Shown here in pieces: positions 15,480 through 19,479 of a stretch of DNA of 19,479 bases. The notes under the pieces were generated by a model. The model did not search any database and was not told the DNA's origin. It saw only the letters and a list, made by a program, of their open reading frames with translations. Source of the DNA: an uncultured Deferribacteres bacterium (GTDB lineage Bacteria; Zhuqueibacterota; Zhuqueibacteria; Zhuqueibacterales; Geothermadaptataceae). Position numbers and translations under genes: made by a program. The stretch lies in assembly GCA_964014485.1 (NCBI GenBank), contig CAXHAT010000152.1:1-19479 (forward strand), given 5' to 3'. Position 1 is the first letter of the stretch. Every line of letters starts with the position of its first letter.

Positions 15480-16811
15480 CTAATTCACAATCATCACCGT
15501 CCCCGTCATCGCTTTGTTTTCAGTAAGAAGGCGCACGATGTAAAGACCCGTCGGGCAGAAACGGTTGGCGTCGTCGCGGCCGTACCAGGAGATGATTTTG
15601 CTGCCGGCGCTCAGGATGTTTTCGCCGTTTTCGAGCTTGCGCACCAACCTGCCGGAGGTGTTGAAAATCCATAGCCTGACCGTGCCGGACTTCTCCAAGA
15701 AAAAAGAAATGTCGGCGCGCTCGTTCAAACCGCCGCCGCGCGGACGGATAATTCGGGGCGTTATGACGATGCCCGGCTCGTCCCCGCCCGGCGCTTCAAT
15801 GTCGTCCGGCGGAGTGCCGTCGCTCAGCGCAGCGGCGTAGAGACCGATGCGGTCGACGCCGACGGCGAAAGTGGAATCTTCGCGGTTCACGCTGCCGCCG
15901 AGCAAGTTCCACTGCCAGTCGTTTTCATGCCAATCACCGCGATAGAACCGCAGTTTCTCCGCCCGCGCGAAATCCTGCGGGCGCAGTTTCATCGTCAGCG
16001 TGCTCTTTTTCGTGAACGCGCTGTTGAGGTCGCCAATGCTGGAATGGATCTGCACGATCCCGGACGGCAATGGCGTGATCTTGCCGAACGAGCCATCAAA
16101 ATCCGTAGAATCGCGTAATTCGAGGCAGAGCAGCGCTGCCTGGTAGCCGTTTGCCGGAATGGTGAGCGTGAACGGCCCCTCGCTCTGCTGCAAACCGCTG
16201 CGCACGTCGAACTGAAGATTTTCCACCACGAATTCCACTGAAGCCGTATCCGCACCGCCTGCCTTGTCTACGGCGCGCAAGTACATTGTGTAATTCCCGA
16301 CCTCGTTCGGCGTTTTGAAGGGCCCGGCTCCGGAACCTTCTTGCAAGAGCGTGTCGATCACCGTGACCGTGGTATCGCCCATTTTTTGATAGAACAACGA
16401 GGCGATCTCGAGATTTTTTTCGTCGACGTGAAAGCGGTAGGCGGCGAAACAACCGAGGGTGTCGCCGGGTTCCGGCTCACTAATGGCCACAGCCGGCGGC
16501 GTGTTGTCGATGGTGAGCAGGATGGCGTCGTTTTTCTTTTCGGGATTATCCTTCTGAAAAACGTCGAGGGAAAGCGTGTACGCGCCGTCGGGATATTCGC
16601 CGTTGTCGGTATCGAATTCATCGAATAACGATTCCTCCGCTGACTCGCCTTTTGGATCTCGGCTCTCGATGAGCTTCGGATTTCTGAGCCGCTGACTTTT
16701 CGAACTCAAGGAAAGCGTGTAATGATCGAAGTCATCCCCCAGCGCATAACCGAGAATGTCCACTGAATCGCGCACGAAAGCCTGGTTGCGCGGCTCGAAA
16801 ATAATCGCCGC
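15480..16811 (-). CDS. C-terminal part of a large surface protein: Ig-like domains plus a terminal FlgD-like Ig/T9SS-type C-terminal domain (out of frame with its upstream part)
   Basis: ORF 15480..16961, credible from AAIIFEP onward. Ig-like motifs DGAYTLSL, IDNTPPAVAISEP, GNYTMYLRAVDKAG. The C-terminus reads VRLWIFNTSGRLVRKL...ISWYGRDD..RF.PTGLYIVRL. No signal peptide. Confidence 0.8.
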   Translation of the reverse strand, partial: AAIIFEPRNQAFVRDSVDILGYALGDDFDHYTLSLSSKSQRLRNPKLIESRDPKGESAEESLFDEFDTDNGEYPDGAYTLSLDVFQKDNPEKKNDAILLTIDNTPPAVAISEPEPGDTLGCFAAYRFHVDEKNLEIASLFYQKMGDTTVTVIDTLLQEGSGAGPFKTPNEVGNYTMYLRAVDKAGGADTASVEFVVENLQFDVRSGLQQSEGPFTLTIPANGYQAALLCLELRDSTDFDGSFGKITPLPSGIVQIHSSIGDLNSAFTKKSTLTMKLRPQDFARAEKLRFYRGDWHENDWQWNLLGGSVNREDSTFAVGVDRIGLYAAALSDGTPPDDIEAPGGDEPGIVITPRIIRPRGGGLNERADISFFLEKSGTVRLWIFNTSGRLVRKLENGENILSAGSKIISWYGRDDANRFCPTGLYIVRLLTENKAMTGTVMIVN

Positions 16812-19455
16812 TCGCATCTTTCGCGGGCCAAACCCAGGAAAACAACTTTTGGCCTTTCCAGAGCAATGTATCCGGTGTAATATCATCTCCGTATTGGCCG
16901 TTGATATCGTAATCCAGCCTCGCTTCCTTAATTTCATGATCGAAAACATTTGATTGCACATGCACAGGCTTGCCCAACGTGTCGCCCTCGGCTGGTGAAA
17001 ACAGTTTCAAGCCTATCAACTCTTCAGGATCAAAATAGCGTAGATTGACGACGGCGGGATTGAGATAGCCGCTGTTCCCCGCGCTGTCTTCCAACCAGAC
17101 GAACAAGCGCTGACCAAACTGCTTCTTTGCTTCCACTTTCAGGCGCGGCGTGAACTCCAGTTTAGCGGAATCAGAACCGACAAAATCGATCTCTTCGTTC
17201 GGACGTTCATCAAACCGGTAGAGGTAGCGCGCGACGCCGCTGAGATCGGACGGATTATCCCAAGTGATCACAAACGAATTGTCTCCTTGCTGCCACGGGC
17301 TTGGGTTGCCGCCAGTGGCCTGCAAATTCTTAGGCGCTTGCGGTCTGTCAATATCGACGATAAAGCTCCACGTCTCGGACATTTCGCTCAACTCGAAACC
17401 GTCCCAGGCGAAGACGCGCCAAAAATATTGACCGTCGGCGAGTGAATCCGTCGTAAAACTCACCTCACCGCCACCTTCCAAAATCGGTGGTTTTGGCCGA
17501 AATCCTGTTGTACTCATACTGTCACTTCGAAACGGACTGCCGTCAATTTGAAATTGAAATGCATTATCTTTCGCGATTTCTACCTGAAAGTGGAGCGAAT
17601 CCATATCCGGGTCCGAAGGAGCAAACCAGGAGAGCGTTGGCGTAAAATCATTGCCCTTGTAAAAGTTTGGCGGCGAGACCAGCTTGGGTTTTTCCGGATC
17701 ACGCCTGAAAGTCACAAATTGATAATCGTCTATCTCCATACGATTGCCGGCGTTGTCCTGCGCCTCGATAGAGACGAAGATTGTTTTGCCATAACCAAAA
17801 TTTTCCGGCGGATCATAAGTCACACTAAAATCTGTGTCTTCTCCCGTAACCGTCAGGGCCGATGGGTCGATGGCAATGCTGTTGACCTTCATTTCAATCG
17901 ATTCCGGCATCACGCCGCTCAAGCTGTCCATCAGATGAAAAGTAATATTCGCATCCACCGCCACGCCGGAATCGCCGTCCGCCGGCTGATGCATTGCGGT
18001 AAACGGCGGACGGGTGTCGATAGTGAAAGAATGGATGTCGGAAATCTCGCCCAGTTCGAAGCCGTCCCAGGCGGTCACGCGCCAGAAATACCTGCCGTCC
18101 GGCAAAGAATCCGGCGGTGTAAAACTCACATCTCCTCCACCTGCCGCGACTGGCAGCATTCTATTGAACCCTGTACTATCCACCCAGCTCTCAAACGGGC
18201 TGCCTGCAATTTGGCTGGAGAAATCGCTATCCTTCGCAATTTCGACTTTGAAATGGAGAGAATCATCATCCAAATCTACAGGCGCAGAAAAAGAAAACGT
18301 TTGCTCGGAACTTGAAGAAAAGATTCCATTCTCAGGCGTTTGCAAAGCGGGCGGTAATGATTTGTGGTTGAACAGATCAATACGCGCAAAAATATCTCCA
18401 CCTTGACCTTCATTACGCCCGTCTCCCCAAGTGTAGTAAATACGTCCGTCAACTAGTTTGACGCTTGGCCATGTTTTGGATGTCTGCTCAAAATTATTGT
18501 TTACACGATAGTTTTGTCCTTTGAAATTGCCAAGCCCTTGAAAGCGTTGTGCATTGATACCGAACTCGCCAATTATCTCAGGAAATGTGGATAGAGTATC
18601 CGACCATTCCCATGCGACGACAAAATTACAACGGCCTTCTGCCGCAACCGTTGGATGAGGCTCAGAGCGAAAATTTATATCAGAATCTATTTTGATATTC
18701 CCCCCTACCGCTGAACCAGTCGGATCATAAAATTGCCCGAAGATATCGCCGGTACTGTTTCGATCATCTTCCCATACAATTAAAGCGCATCCGTCATCAT
18801 CAAGAGCCATAACTGGAGAATCTTGATTTTTGGTTCCAGCATCATCATTGACTTTGAAGCTGCCTGTTGGAAATTCAACTGTATCGAAGTGAAAACGCTG
18901 CCCAAAAATATCGCTATCATTCCTTCCACCCCTTTTTTCTTCCCAAACAATCAAAACTGAATCCGCCGAGTCGATGACAATAGCAGGTGGATCGTGAACA
19001 AAAAATTCTCCAGTTGCAGTGCTGTCAATTTCTATATTACTTCCAATTGTATCGCCTTCCATATCGAAACGCTGCGCTAGGACATGAATCTTCTGGCTTT
19101 CACATTGGATTTTCCAAGTAATAATAAAACTACCGTCTTGGCGAGTCGCGATATTTGGCCTTGAACGAGTCTGCGCGCAAACTAAATCTTCAACGATTTT
19201 TTTGTTTTTTCCGATTGCGTTACCGTTTACATCAAACATTTGAAAATAATTCCCCCACCCTTCCCCATGTCCCTCCCAAGTTATTATAAAGCTCTTGTCT
19301 TCTCGAAACGCCATAGATACAGCGGCCCGATTAACACTATTCCCTTCGTCTGAAACGATAATCTTTTCCGCAATTCTAGCGCCGCTAGAATTAAAGAATT
19401 GGGCGTGTATCTTATCATTGGCGCTATTAACCTTTGGTGCTAGTGGATTTATAGG
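16732..19455 (-). CDS. Upstream part of the same large surface protein: ~55-aa beta-rich (propeller-like) repeats, two FN3-like duplicated domains and Ig-like domains; disrupted at both ends
   Basis: ORF 16732..19314, but the frame is open upstream to a TAG at 19458-19456 and continues the repeat pattern (KIHAQFFNSSGARI). Repeat unit P.VA.D..G..IVWED.R....DIFGQ.F...G..VG.N.KVNDD. Duplicated domain DSLHF.VEIAKD..F..QI.GSPF...DG.YFWRV.AWDGFEL.E.S...SF..D. Confidence 0.8.
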   Translation of the reverse strand, partial: PINPLAPKVNSANDKIHAQFFNSSGARIAEKIIVSDEGNSVNRAAVSMAFREDKSFIITWEGHGEGWGNYFQMFDVNGNAIGKNKKIVEDLVCAQTRSRPNIATRQDGSFIITWKIQCESQKIHVLAQRFDMEGDTIGSNIEIDSTATGEFFVHDPPAIVIDSADSVLIVWEEKRGGRNDSDIFGQRFHFDTVEFPTGSFKVNDDAGTKNQDSPVMALDDDGCALIVWEDDRNSTGDIFGQFYDPTGSAVGGNIKIDSDINFRSEPHPTVAAEGRCNFVVAWEWSDTLSTFPEIIGEFGINAQRFQGLGNFKGQNYRVNNNFEQTSKTWPSVKLVDGRIYYTWGDGRNEGQGGDIFARIDLFNHKSLPPALQTPENGIFSSSSEQTFSFSAPVDLDDDSLHFKVEIAKDSDFSSQIAGSPFESWVDSTGFNRMLPVAAGGGDVSFTPPDSLPDGRYFWRVTAWDGFELGEISDIHSFTIDTRPPFTAMHQPADGDSGVAVDANITFHLMDSLSGVMPESIEMKVNSIAIDPSALTVTGEDTDFSVTYDPPENFGYGKTIFVSIEAQDNAGNRMEIDDYQFVTFRRDPEKPKLVSPPNFYKGNDFTPTLSWFAPSDPDMDSLHFQVEIAKDNAFQFQIDGSPFRSDSMSTTGFRPKPPILEGGGEVSFTTDSLADGQYFWRVFAWDGFELSEMSETWSFIVDIDRPQAPKNLQATGGNPSPWQQGDNSFVITWDNPSDLSGVARYLYRFDERPNEEIDFVGSDSAKLEFTPRLKVEAKKQFGQRLFVWLEDSAGNSGYLNPAVVNLRYFDPEELIGLKLFSPAEGDTLGKPVHVQSNVFDHEIKEARLDYDINGQYGDDITPDTLLWKGQKLFSWVWPAKDASGDYFRAAQPGFRARFSGHSRLCAGG

Positions 19456-19479
19456 CTAAACTCGGCAATTGAGATCGGC

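Noticed and set aside
16790..16830. Programmed ribosomal frameshift or homopolymer phase variation at the surface-gene junction
   Set aside because: No X XXY YYZ slippery heptamer or long homopolymer, and part of a domain appears to be missing, which fits a deletion better.
3179..18406. Long shadow ORFs (3179..3970, 5019..5792, 5329..5934, 8217..8795, 10999..11613, 12166..13089, 17548..18315 and others)
   Set aside because: They are antisense or alternative-frame overlaps of well-supported genes in GC-rich DNA, with no domain motifs.
19372..19392. 10-bp inverted repeat AATTCTAGCG-C-CGCTAGAATT
   Set aside because: It sits inside coding-like sequence with a 1-nt spacer and has no supporting context; treated as chance.

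Overview
Bacterial window, mostly GC-rich. Its gene content (PorV-like barrel, FlgD-type C-terminal domain, DUF3857 pair) suggests an FCB-group organism such as KSB1 or Calditrichota; this is inference only. Left end (1-1074): the 3' tail of a tyrosine recombinase, two small mobile-element-type genes (one ribbon-helix-helix-like) and a YegP/DUF1508 gene, then about 950 bp of non-coding DNA. The core is two convergent clusters of envelope genes. On +: two DUF3857/transglutaminase-like proteins, both lacking the catalytic Cys, then a REP cluster and a TPR + transglutaminase-like protein with an intact Cys-His-Glu motif set. On -: a large, apparently broken repeat/Ig/FlgD surface protein, a PorV-like barrel fused to a paralogous transglutaminase-like module, a secreted TPR protein with a Lys-rich tail, and a membrane CHASE2 sensor fused to a cytoplasmic CHAT (caspase-like) protease with an intact His-Cys dyad. 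A + strand toxin-antitoxin islet (Panacea antitoxin + RelE-like toxin) interrupts the - cluster. The best candidate for an undescribed system is a trans-envelope proteolytic signalling relay running from surface cargo to OM barrel-protease to TPR to CHASE2-caspase. All domain calls come from motifs recognised by eye; no searches were run.
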